From contig JAPLXB010000024.1 of assembly GCA_026396285.1 (NCBI GenBank), forward strand, positions 1-53,859: a stretch of DNA of 53,859 nucleotides. The letters are read 5' to 3'. A program made the translations under genes and the position numbers. This document shows positions 19,715 to 28,499 of this stretch, in pieces. Below the pieces are notes generated by a model, which was not told the DNA's origin, made no database searches, and was given only the letters and a program-made list of their open reading frames with translations. Source of the stretch: Candidatus Micrarchaeota archaeon (GTDB taxonomy: Archaea > Micrarchaeota > Micrarchaeia > Norongarragalinales > JAPLXB01). Each line of letters starts with the position of its first letter. The first letter of the stretch is position 1.

Positions 19715-19735
19715 CGCCGGCCGCAAAACACCGTT

Positions 19736-20635
19736 TCACTCGAGGTACTTGAAGTCCACTTTGCAGCCCTCGAGGCGGTCAAGCTCGGCAACTGTCTTGT
19801 TCACGTGCTCCTGCGCCTCCTTGACCATGTCCGGGGTCAGGTGCTTGAACCGCCCCTGCGGCTTAAGGTATTCTTCCAGCGGGATGAATTGCTTGGGCCT
19901 GTAAGTCCTCTTGAACGCGCCGTCCTCTATTTCAAACAAGTGCCACATCCCCGACTCAACGGCCTTTTTCGCGATGTCTATCGTGAGCGCAGAATCGTGC
20001 CTCCACCCTATCGGGCAGTTCGCGTAAACGGTCACGAGGCGGAATCCCTTCTTTTCCTTGGCTTTCTTCAGCTTGTTCTTGAAATCAACCGGGAACCCGA
20101 TGTTAGCAGTCGCCACGTAGGGAATCCGGTGCGCGGCTGCAATGAACGACATGTCTTTCTTCCACTCCCTTTTGCCGGCCACTTCCTGCGGCGACGTCGT
20201 GGTCGCGGCATGGAACGGCGTCGCTCCCGAGCGCTGGACGCCGGTATTCATGTAGGCCTCGTTGTCGTATATCACGAACATCATGTCCTCGTTGCGTTCC
20301 ATCGCGCCGCTCAATGCGCCGAAACCTATGTCGTAGGCGCCGCCGTCGCCAGAAAAACCGAGCACGACGCCTTTTTTCCCGAGGGCCTTGAACGCGCGGG
20401 AGACGCCCGACGCCACCGCGGGCACGTTTTCAAAAAGCGAGTGGAGGTACGGCACGTTCCAGTTGCACGACGGATACATTGAGGAAACGATTTCCATGCA
20501 CCCGGTCGCGTTAACGACCACGACGTCGGGGCCGACTGCCTTCAGCATCTCGTCGATGGCGATGGTGCAGCCGCAACCGGCGCACGCCGTGTGCCCCTTT
20601 AAGAACCATGGATTAGCCAAAAAACCACCAAGCAC
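19736..20635 (-). CDS. porB: Pyruvate:ferredoxin oxidoreductase beta subunit
   Basis: GHTACAGCG, ATGCMEI, TPP motif GDGG...YDNEAYMNTG, CPIGW. Confidence 0.95.
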   Translation of the reverse strand: MLGGFLANPWFLKGHTACAGCGCTIAIDEMLKAVGPDVVVVNATGCMEIVSSMYPSCNWNVPYLHSLFENVPAVASGVSRAFKALGKKGVVLGFSGDGGAYDIGFGALSGAMERNEDMMFVIYDNEAYMNTGVQRSGATPFHAATTTSPQEVAGKREWKKDMSFIAAAHRIPYVATANIGFPVDFKNKLKKAKEKKGFRLVTVYANCPIGWRHDSALTIDIAKKAVESGMWHLFEIEDGAFKRTYRPKQFIPLEEYLKPQGRFKHLTPDMVKEAQEHVNKTVAELDRLEGCKVDFKYLE

Positions 20636-21748
20636 CTACAGCCAGACCGTCCCCTTTTCGCCCCTTGAAAGCATTTCAAAAACTTTTTTCACGTCGCCGA
20701 GCTTCACGTCCCTGCCGCCCAGGCCGCAGACTATGCCGAGCACGTCGGTTTTCAGCGCGGCCTTCAACTCCGTTGCCAGCGCGCCTTCGTATCCGTAGCT
20801 CGCGTCCTTTTCCATCACCGCGGCTTTCTTGCCACCAAGTGCCTTTGCAAGGGCTTCGGCAGGGAACGGCCTGAAGCACTTTATGCGCACGAGGCCGACG
20901 CGCTCGCCTTTGGCCCGCAGTTCATCTACCGCGATTTCAACGTTTTCAGAAAGGCTCCCCATTGTGACGATTACGCGCTCCGCGTCCGAAGACTGGTATT
21001 CCTCCACGAGCGCGGCCTGTTTCCTCCCGAACGCTTTTCCGAACTCTGCCGCGACCGCCTCAATGGTTTTCGCCGCAGCAAGCATGTCCTTTTGCTGCTG
21101 CGCCTTCGCATCCATGTAGTACTGGGGGTTCATGTAGGTCCCGAACGCGAGCGGCTTTTCAACATCAAGCGATTGTTTGGGCTTGAACGGGGGGAGGAAC
21201 GCGCTTATTTCTTCTTTTTCCGGCAGGTCAATGGTGGTTATCTCGTGGGTGAGGTAGAACCCGTCCATTCCCACCATAACCGGGAACGAAATTGTTTCCG
21301 CTATCTTGTACGCCTGGATAACCGTGTCAATGACTTCCTGGTTGTTCTTGCAATACAATTGTATCCAGCCGGTGTCCCTGGAAGATATCCCGTCCTGCCA
21401 GTCGTTCCATATGTTAAGCGGCGCGCTAAGCGCCCTGTTGCCGACGACCATCACGAGCGGGAGCCGCATGCCGGAAGCGTTGTGGAGCACTTCGTTCATC
21501 AGCGCCAGCCCCTGCGACGCCGTTGCAGTGAACGTCCTCGCGCCAGCAACAGACGCGCCGACTATGGCGCTCAGCGCCGAGTGCTCGGACTCGACGGGAA
21601 TGAATTCAAAACCATACTCGGGTTGGATTCTCGACAGTTCCTCGGGCACGTGCGTGCTCGGGGTAATCGGGTAGGCTGCGACGACTTGTACGCCGCACCG
21701 CGCGACAACGTGGGCGACGGCGATGCTGCCCTCGATTATTTTCCTCAC
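20636..21748 (-). CDS. porA: Pyruvate:ferredoxin oxidoreductase alpha subunit
   Basis: AYPITP, ESEHSA, TATASQGL, NRALSAP, FRPFP, GLGGRD. Confidence 0.95.
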   Translation of the reverse strand: MRKIIEGSIAVAHVVARCGVQVVAAYPITPSTHVPEELSRIQPEYGFEFIPVESEHSALSAIVGASVAGARTFTATASQGLALMNEVLHNASGMRLPLVMVVGNRALSAPLNIWNDWQDGISSRDTGWIQLYCKNNQEVIDTVIQAYKIAETISFPVMVGMDGFYLTHEITTIDLPEKEEISAFLPPFKPKQSLDVEKPLAFGTYMNPQYYMDAKAQQQKDMLAAAKTIEAVAAEFGKAFGRKQAALVEEYQSSDAERVIVTMGSLSENVEIAVDELRAKGERVGLVRIKCFRPFPAEALAKALGGKKAAVMEKDASYGYEGALATELKAALKTDVLGIVCGLGGRDVKLGDVKKVFEMLSRGEKGTVWL

Positions 21749-22236
21749 TGCCTACCCTCCTTTTTCAGGGCCCTGATCACTTTTTCAACATCTTCCTGGG
21801 ATTTCGGCTTAAGTCCGATTTTTTCAAAAAACGCCTGCCTCTCAAGCTTCTTTTCCGACTGCTTTACTTCGGTGTAAATCTTCACCAGCCATCGCAGGTC
21901 GTCAACCTGTTCCTTTGTCAGGTCCCTGACGTCTATTCCCTTGAGCCAGTTGTAGACGAAGAACGCGTTGCGGAACCGGTACACGCCGACGAGCACGATC
22001 GCCATGAAAAGGACGTTGGTCACCTCAAGCGCCCACGGGATGCTTAGAATCCCCATTTTTTCAATGACTATCAGTTCCTCGTGCACGGTGAAGACGAGGA
22101 AACCGAGGCCGATTATCTCAAGCGGCTCCGCAAGGTTCGTGTTCAGGAAGAAAACGAAAACGCGGTAGGCGACGAAAACAACCGCTATCCCCATGACTGC
22201 GCTCGCGATGTTAAACAACAGACTCAATTCAACCAA
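21745..22236 (-). CDS. Hypothetical 3-TM membrane protein between porD and porA
   Basis: Three hydrophobic helices and a charged cytoplasmic tail; its stop overlaps the porA start (GTGA), suggesting translational coupling. Confidence 0.65.
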   Translation of the reverse strand: MVELSLLFNIASAVMGIAVVFVAYRVFVFFLNTNLAEPLEIIGLGFLVFTVHEELIVIEKMGILSIPWALEVTNVLFMAIVLVGVYRFRNAFFVYNWLKGIDVRDLTKEQVDDLRWLVKIYTEVKQSEKKLERQAFFEKIGLKPKSQEDVEKVIRALKKEGRQ

Positions 22237-22260
22237 GCAAATCCCCTCGCCGCCTCAGCG

Positions 22261-22494
22261 TCATTTGTTTTCAACCATTTCAATCGCCTTGAACGGGCAC
22301 ACCTGCGCGCATACGCCGCACCCCTTGCAATAATCCAAATCCGGTTCGGCCTTTTTAGACCCGATTATCATGCAGTGGTCGGGGCAGAATCCCTCGCAGG
22401 TGCCGCACCGCGTGCACTTTTCAGTCACGTTGGGCCACTGGCTCCGCCACGAACCCGTCTTCACCGTCGTCCCGGGCTTCACCACCAATTCCAT
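22261..22494 (-). CDS. porD: Pyruvate:ferredoxin oxidoreductase delta subunit
   Basis: KTGSWRSQWP, CTRCGTCEGFCP, DLDYCKGCGVCAQVCP. Confidence 0.93.
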   Translation of the reverse strand: MELVVKPGTTVKTGSWRSQWPNVTEKCTRCGTCEGFCPDHCMIIGSKKAEPDLDYCKGCGVCAQVCPFKAIEMVENK

Positions 22495-22585
22495 GAACAA
22501 AAAAAGCGCGCAGTGTTTTAAAAACCGTGGCCGGAACCCGGGGCGGACGGCGCATGACGAAAACGCGTCCTGTTGGTGCCGCCGG

Positions 22586-23197
22586 TTACGGCCCGATTGT
22601 CGGGAGATAAAACAAGGGCAGCAGCGCGAGCGCCAGGAAGTGGAAAAGCGCGAAATACGTTGCCGACGGAACCGCTGAAACAACCGCGTTGAAGAAACTC
22701 AGGCCATGCGCTTCCCTCAACGCGAGCGACGCCAGGTAAACACCGTACAGGTACGCCAGCAGCGCGAGCGCGATGCCGGCCAAGCCGAGGGGCGGGATGC
22801 TGATGAAAACCATCGCAAGCGCGCCAGCGGGCGCGTAAGTCGCCGCGACGAGGTTGAACTGCGTCCAGTAACCCCTTCTCCCGCCCAAGAGCCACGCGAC
22901 AACCCACGCCAGCGCGTTTGCAAAGAGGGCGCCGATGAGGGCGATGGGCAGCGTGAACGAGATGGTTGCAAGCAGAATTGTCTTCGCGGTCGTGAACACG
23001 AACGCGTCAGTCAGCGCATGCTGGACGAGCGCGCGCCACGCTATCCACATCATCCACAGGACCGCGTTTGCCGCGATTACGCCGAAGGCAAGCTGGATTG
23101 AGCCCTCTGCAGGCGAAGCGGTTTCACCCAGCGCCGCAAGCGTCTCCGAGGGCTTGAGAACTATGCCTTTCCAGAGCCTTTGCGGCGGTTTCATCAA
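22586..23197 (-). CDS. Yip1-family-like membrane protein
   Basis: LKPSETL N-terminal motif, LLGGRRGY, AYAP-like motif, LREAHGLS; about 5 TM helices. Confidence 0.65.
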   Translation of the reverse strand: MMKPPQRLWKGIVLKPSETLAALGETASPAEGSIQLAFGVIAANAVLWMMWIAWRALVQHALTDAFVFTTAKTILLATISFTLPIALIGALFANALAWVVAWLLGGRRGYWTQFNLVAATYAPAGALAMVFISIPPLGLAGIALALLAYLYGVYLASLALREAHGLSFFNAVVSAVPSATYFALFHFLALALLPLFYLPTIGP

Positions 23198-23287
23198 ACC
23201 GAGAAGGCGGCATGGTTAAAAAAACCGTTTCAATGCCGCCGCTGGCGACGGGGAAGGTTAAAAAAACTCGCCCGGCTCTTTTTGTTG

Positions 23288-24739
23288 ATGAACGAGAACG
23301 AGCGCCTGCTCCTGGAGTCGCTGTCAAAGGAGTTCGAGAGCGCGGACCAGGTTGCGGCAAAATCGGGTTTGGCGAAGAGCGCCCTCATGAGCGCTGCCGC
23401 GGCCTTGGAGGCAGAGGGACTGGTTGAAGTGAAAAAGAAGGAGCGGAAGCTCGTTTCCCTCACTCCCGAGGGCCGGAGTTATTTTGAGAAAGGCACGCCC
23501 GAACGCAGGCTGTGCGCCGCCGTCAGCGCAGGAAAGGAACTGGAGTTTGGGACGGCGGTGAAGAAAGCCGGGCTTGCCGGGCACGAGGCGCCGGTTGCGC
23601 TCCAATGGGCCGTGAAAAACGGTTGGGCGGTAGTGAAAAAAGATGGCGGGAAGACCGTTGTTTCCTGTTCGTCCCTCAAGGAAGGGGAGGTGGAGGCGGC
23701 GCTCAAGAAAATCGGGGCAAAGCAAGTTGGCGCCGAGGCTGTGGAAAAGCACGTGCTTGAAATTCTTGAGAAAAGGAAACTGGTTGAGTTCAAGGAAGAG
23801 AAAGAGATTTCGCTGAGGGCTGCTGCGAAGGGCGCGGCCGCGCTTGCGCGGCAGGAGAACGTGGTTTCCCAGCTGACTCCGGAAATGCTGAAGACCGGCG
23901 CGTGGAAGGGCAGGAAATTCAAGGAATACGACTTGAAGACCGTCGTTGCGCCCGTGCAGGCCGGCGGAAAGCATTTTTACAAGGAGTTCATCGGCCGCAT
24001 CAAGGAGCATCTAGTGAGCATGGGTTTCGAGGAAGTCCAGGGGCCGTTGGTTGAGACTGAGTTCAGGAACATGGACGTGCTGTTCATGGCCCAGGACCAC
24101 CCGGCGAGGGAAATCCACGACATTTTCATGCTCGAGGAACCGTCCAAGGGAAGCCTGCCGGACAAGCTGGTTGAGCGCGTGAAGTGGGCGCACGAAGTCG
24201 GCGGGAAAGGGTCAAAGGGCTGGCGGTACAAGTGGGATCCGGCTGTTGCGGCGCGGCTCGTGCTCAGGTCGCAGACCACTGCAGTGAGCGGCAGGAGGCT
24301 GGCGCAGGGCGTTAAGCCGCCGTTCCGCATGTTCTGCATAGGAAAGTGCTTCAGGCCGGATGAAATCGATTGGAAGCATTTCATTGAATTCTACCAACTG
24401 GAAGGAATCGTGGTCGACGACGGGATTAGTTTCAGGGAACTCCTCGGCTACCTGAAGACGTTTGCGACCAAGGTCTTCGGCGCCAAGGAAGTGGGTTTCG
24501 TGCCATCGTATTATCCTTTCACCGAACCGAGCGTAGACCTCGTGGGCAAAATCGGCGACAAGTGGGTGGAACTCGGCGGAGCGGGGATGTTCAGGCCCGA
24601 GATGCTTGAGGCGCTTAACGTCGGCGTGCCGGTGCTTGCATGGGGCCTCGGGCTGGACCGGTTCGCGATGCGCACGCTCGGGGTAAAGGACATCAGGGAC
24701 TTGTCGGGCAGCGACATGGAATTGATTAGGCGTAAATGA
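23288..24739 (+). CDS. pheS: Phenylalanyl-tRNA synthetase alpha subunit
   Basis: QDHPAREIHD, LRSQTT, FRPDEIDWKHFIEFYQLEG, YPFTEPS, AWGLGLDR; archaeal winged-helix N-terminus. Confidence 0.96.
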   Translation: MNENERLLLESLSKEFESADQVAAKSGLAKSALMSAAAALEAEGLVEVKKKERKLVSLTPEGRSYFEKGTPERRLCAAVSAGKELEFGTAVKKAGLAGHEAPVALQWAVKNGWAVVKKDGGKTVVSCSSLKEGEVEAALKKIGAKQVGAEAVEKHVLEILEKRKLVEFKEEKEISLRAAAKGAAALARQENVVSQLTPEMLKTGAWKGRKFKEYDLKTVVAPVQAGGKHFYKEFIGRIKEHLVSMGFEEVQGPLVETEFRNMDVLFMAQDHPAREIHDIFMLEEPSKGSLPDKLVERVKWAHEVGGKGSKGWRYKWDPAVAARLVLRSQTTAVSGRRLAQGVKPPFRMFCIGKCFRPDEIDWKHFIEFYQLEGIVVDDGISFRELLGYLKTFATKVFGAKEVGFVPSYYPFTEPSVDLVGKIGDKWVELGGAGMFRPEMLEALNVGVPVLAWGLGLDRFAMRTLGVKDIRDLSGSDMELIRRK

Positions 24740-24745
24740 AGGATT

Positions 24746-26380
24746 TTGGCGGTTTGCATGGTTTCGGTGTCATTCAACAGAAGCGCGTTCGAGCGCCTCG
24801 TCGGGAGCGAACTGTCGCAGGCGCAGCTCAAAGAACTCCTCCCGCGCGCGAAGTGCGGGGTGGACGACGTCAACGAGCGCGAGGTGCTTTGCGAAGTGAC
24901 TGGCGACAGGCCCGACCTATTGTGCACCGAGGGCGCCGCAAGGGCGGTGAAGGGGATTTTGGGGAAGGAAAAGGGGCTGCCAAAGCTGGTTGTTTCTCCG
25001 GCGAAGACGTTCGTGAAAGTGCACGAGAACGTCGCCGCTGTCCGGCCCTTCATTTTCTGCGCGTACATTGACGGAGTGAAAATAACCGGGGACGAAATCG
25101 CGGAACTGATGCAGGTGCAGGAAAAGCTCCACCTCACCCACGGCCGGCGGAGGAGAAAGGTGGCAATCGGAATCCACGACGCCGCGAAAGTCTCGGCGCC
25201 GTTCTCCTACAAGGCCGTGAAAGGGAATGAGATGGCGTTCATTCCATTGGGCAAGGAGGAGGAAATGACGTTCAAGGATGTTTTGGAGAAGCACGAGAAG
25301 GGAAGGGACTACGCGTTCGTGTTCGAAGGCGTGGACAAGTATCCCGCGGTGTTGGACGCTAAGGACCGGGTGGTGTCGTTCCCGCCGATCATAAACGCGG
25401 CGATGACCACGGTCACCGAATCCACCAAGGCGTTTTTCCTGGAAATAACCGGAACCGATTTCGAGGCCTGCAACGCGGCGGCGAACATAATCTGCCAGAA
25501 CTACTCTGACAAGGGCGCGAAAATAACCGCCGTCGAAATACGCTATCCCGACAAGAAAGTGGTCTCGCCCGCCAGCGAACCGGAAGTTATGACGATAGGC
25601 GTAGGCGAGGCAAACAAGCTGCTTGGCACTTCGTTGAAGGCGGGCGAGATGGCCGAGGCGTTGAAAAAGCAGAGGCTCGGCGCAAGGGTCGAGGGCGACT
25701 TCGTTGCCTGTGAAATACCGCGCTACCGCACCGACTTCCTTCACCCGGTTGACTTAGTAGAGGAAATCGCGCTAGGCATCGGCTACAACGAACTGGGAAT
25801 CAAGGAGCCGACTGTGTTTACTAAGGGCTCGCGCACCGAACTAAGCGTTGAAACCGATTCGCTGAGGGACGCCATGGCCGCCGCCGGCTACGCGGAAGCG
25901 GCGACGAACGTGCTCTGCGGCGAAGAGGCGCTGAAAGCCAGGGCCGGGAAACCAATCCGCGTCAAGAACCCGGTAAGCAGCGAATACTCCTTCGTGCGCA
26001 ATTCAATAGTCCCGGTCCTGCTCGCGGTGCTTTCAAAGAACACGCGCCACCCGTATCCGCAGAAACTTTTCGAGGTGGGCGAGGTGGTTGAAAGGCGCGA
26101 GGGGTCGGAAACGGGGACTGTCACGAAAATCAATTTATGCGCGTTGAGCGCCCACAAGGACGCGGGCCTCTCCGAAATAGCTTCCGTGCTCGCGGGCGTG
26201 CTAAAGGGCGCGGAATTGAAGAAACTGCCATCCGACCAGTTCATCCCCGGCCGGTGCGCGCAAGTGGTTGTTGGGAAAAAAGTCGTTGGCGTAGTGGGCG
26301 AGCTGCACCCGGAAATCCTTGAAGCTTTTGGAATCGAGATGCCCGTGGCCGCCTTCGAAGTTACTGTGGGCGAAATCTGA
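24746..26380 (+). CDS. pheT: Phenylalanyl-tRNA synthetase beta subunit
   Basis: DRPDLL, QEKLH, SFPPIIN, YRTDFLHPVDLVEEIA, GELHPEIL. Start may be ATG 24758. Confidence 0.95.
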   Translation: MAVCMVSVSFNRSAFERLVGSELSQAQLKELLPRAKCGVDDVNEREVLCEVTGDRPDLLCTEGAARAVKGILGKEKGLPKLVVSPAKTFVKVHENVAAVRPFIFCAYIDGVKITGDEIAELMQVQEKLHLTHGRRRRKVAIGIHDAAKVSAPFSYKAVKGNEMAFIPLGKEEEMTFKDVLEKHEKGRDYAFVFEGVDKYPAVLDAKDRVVSFPPIINAAMTTVTESTKAFFLEITGTDFEACNAAANIICQNYSDKGAKITAVEIRYPDKKVVSPASEPEVMTIGVGEANKLLGTSLKAGEMAEALKKQRLGARVEGDFVACEIPRYRTDFLHPVDLVEEIALGIGYNELGIKEPTVFTKGSRTELSVETDSLRDAMAAAGYAEAATNVLCGEEALKARAGKPIRVKNPVSSEYSFVRNSIVPVLLAVLSKNTRHPYPQKLFEVGEVVERREGSETGTVTKINLCALSAHKDAGLSEIASVLAGVLKGAELKKLPSDQFIPGRCAQVVVGKKVVGVVGELHPEILEAFGIEMPVAAFEVTVGEI

Positions 26381-26530
26381 ACCGCGGCTGGAACGCGCGC
26401 GGCGATTCAGTAAAAACGACAAGCAGTGTCTGAAAAGAGACTGTGCGCGGGCCGGTCAAAGCGTTCAAATCGAAGAAATCCGGCGCTAGGCGCCTTGGAA
26501 ACGCGTTTTGGCCGCTTCCGCCTGCCAACG

Positions 26531-26550
26531 AAAAGTATATATATTAAAAA
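26531..26550 (+). promoter_or_regulatory. BRE/TATA-like element
   Basis: AAAAG-TATATATATTAAAAA in a GC-rich background, 25-40 nt upstream of a long hairpin. Confidence 0.45.
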
Positions 26551-26574
26551 TTAGATTGAAGTATTCACGAATTC

Positions 26575-26682
26575 TGGCAAAAGGAGTGGACGCGAGAGGG
26601 AGAGGCTTATCTTATTTTGAACGGATTGCCTCCTTGGGGTTGCCTTCCTTCTCTCGTTCCACCATTTTTTACTCCCTTGCCA
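26575..26682. ncRNA. Candidate structured RNA (long imperfect hairpin)
   Basis: TGGCAA..GGAGT / ACTCC.TTGCCA outer stem; GTGGA..CGAGAG GGAGAGGC / GCCTTCC..CTCTCG.TCCAC inner stem. Confidence 0.35.
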
Positions 26683-26872
26683 TTTTCAGTGTTTTTTCCG
26701 GCAATCACCTCCTTGGGGTATTAACGGAGTCATGAACAAACTCCTTTATATATTTTCCGCCTCCTACGACCTTATTTTTCAAAACGGAGCGACGGGAAGC
26801 CTTATTTTTGAAAACAAAGCGATTTCTAGGTTTTTAAAAGTAGGCCTTTTTTCCCGTTTTGTTTCCCGGTCG

Positions 26873-27010
26873 GCGTTTTTTGCGAAAGCCTCAACAAAAA
26901 CGCTTCATCCCTCAAGCCCTTGCCTTGTCTGAGCAAACCGGGTTGAGGGTCATGCCGTACACTGGCGCAAAAGAACAGGTGTGCACGAACGCCAGTTGCT
27001 GCATGGTTAC
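26873..27010 (-). ncRNA. Candidate small structured RNA (three consecutive stem-loops)
   Basis: Stems CATGC/GCATG with ACTGGCG/CGCCAGT, CCCTCAA/TTGAGGG, and GCGTTTTT(T)G/CAAAAACGC; minus-strand TTTTTATA box at 27035-27042. Confidence 0.35.
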
Positions 27011-27096
27011 CGATACAGTTTAGCAATCAACGTGTATAAAAAGTTTTGCAAACGCAGCGAAAGCCCGCCAGCTGCCGGCAGCGCCCCGCCGAATTC

Positions 27097-27474
27097 CTAT
27101 TGGCCCGCGCTTTCGAGCATCTTGATGCGCGCTTCGACTTCAAGGAGGGCAGTGTGGATTTTCATCAAAACATCCCTATACGTGGCAGCATCAATCTCGC
27201 CGTTGATCAGTTTTTTCTTCGCCTCGTCACGCATGTGCCCGAGCTTGATTTTTTCCTCGCGCGCATCTTCCAGCGAAACCCGTTTCCTTTCCCGCACTTT
27301 TTTGATGTACTCTTCAGTCTCTCTCTCCTCGGCAGTGGACTCGTAGGCGACGTCCACGCGGTTGCTTGTGAAAAGCGCCCGGATGTAGCCGCGGGAGTGG
27401 AGGAGGTAAAACAGCGCCAGCACCAGCAGGACGAGGAGCGAGTCAGTGAAGAAGTCAGTGTACGAGTAGGGCAT
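27097..27474 (-). CDS. Membrane-anchored coiled-coil protein with a SHOCT-like C-terminus
   Basis: N-terminal TM; KLINGEIDAATYRD motif. Confidence 0.65.
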   Translation of the reverse strand: MPYSYTDFFTDSLLVLLVLALFYLLHSRGYIRALFTSNRVDVAYESTAEERETEEYIKKVRERKRVSLEDAREEKIKLGHMRDEAKKKLINGEIDAATYRDVLMKIHTALLEVEARIKMLESAGQ

Positions 27475-27575
27475 CTTTTCACCAAACCATTCAATCCAGG
27501 GTGTTTGAAAAACCTTTTCCTCGCCCGCCGCACCGCCGAAAACCGTTTTTAACCGGGAACGCTCCAGATAAGCTC

Positions 27576-28409
27576 ATGGAAGAGGAATTGGAAAAAGTGA
27601 GGAAAGCCCTTGAGGAAGGAAAGGCGATTTCAAGTGTTTTCCCGCGCGAGCGACTGCCAGAACTGAAAAAAGCCCGGCTGCAACTGCTTAAATCGATGAA
27701 CGCATCAGAGCAGAAGCCTCCGGAGAATTTCATAGTCCCCATGCATCCGGAAGTGCAGGAGGCAATTTCCTATGCCTACCGGAACGGCTTGGGTATCGAA
27801 TTCCCGGAAGCAAAACCACGCGCACAGTTCATCGCCAACCGCGTACTTGAAAATAACGCCTTTTTGCGCGTCCAGACGCTGGTGTGGAAACGGCTCGCAG
27901 GAAAAATCAAGGGAACCTGGGTATTCCCGGCAGCGGGCCTTGACTCAATGTTTTTCGGCGGCAAGAAAGTGATAACCGTCGGGCCCTACCACGGAAAAGA
28001 ACCGTTGCATGTCAGAAAAAGGGCTGAAAACCTGTTGCCAGGAGAACTGGATGCGTTGAAGAAGCGAGCGGGCTTGGAAAAACAGACTGTGCTCGTGTTG
28101 AAGGGCTTGCAGAACATCCTGCCGCCAAAGGAACTGGAGGCGTTCATCGAACGTTTCAGGCCCGCGCACGTGATAGTTTTCGGCAGCGCCGCCCACGGGA
28201 TTAAGGAAGCAAAAGCGGTTCCCCGGATATCGCCGGGCCTGGTGTCGATGCTTGGAAAACGCCACCGCGACGCGACCGGCGACTATTTTTCCCCACACGA
28301 ACTGCGCCAACTGGACGAAATCCATTTGCTGGGCCGTGACCACTTCGGGTGGGGAGGCGGACACTTTCCCGCCACGCAAGTCAAGGTATTCGAGCGCAGG
28401 CGCGAATAG
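27576..28409 (+). CDS. Basic orphan hypothetical protein
   Basis: 277-aa ORF; TTTTTAA box about 25 nt upstream of ATG 27576; no family recognised. Confidence 0.6.
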   Translation: MEEELEKVRKALEEGKAISSVFPRERLPELKKARLQLLKSMNASEQKPPENFIVPMHPEVQEAISYAYRNGLGIEFPEAKPRAQFIANRVLENNAFLRVQTLVWKRLAGKIKGTWVFPAAGLDSMFFGGKKVITVGPYHGKEPLHVRKRAENLLPGELDALKKRAGLEKQTVLVLKGLQNILPPKELEAFIERFRPAHVIVFGSAAHGIKEAKAVPRISPGLVSMLGKRHRDATGDYFSPHELRQLDEIHLLGRDHFGWGGGHFPATQVKVFERRRE

Positions 28410-28499
28410 GAGTACGCTCATTTTTTGGAGGCTGCGCCGAACAGCTCCGCGGCCGCGCGCCAGCGCGGCGGCGAACAAGGCAAAGCGCCCGGCACGGGT

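Noticed and set aside
26873-27010. 5S rRNA, SRP RNA or RNase P RNA assignment
   Set aside because: No recognisable conserved signatures; kept only as an unassigned ncRNA candidate.
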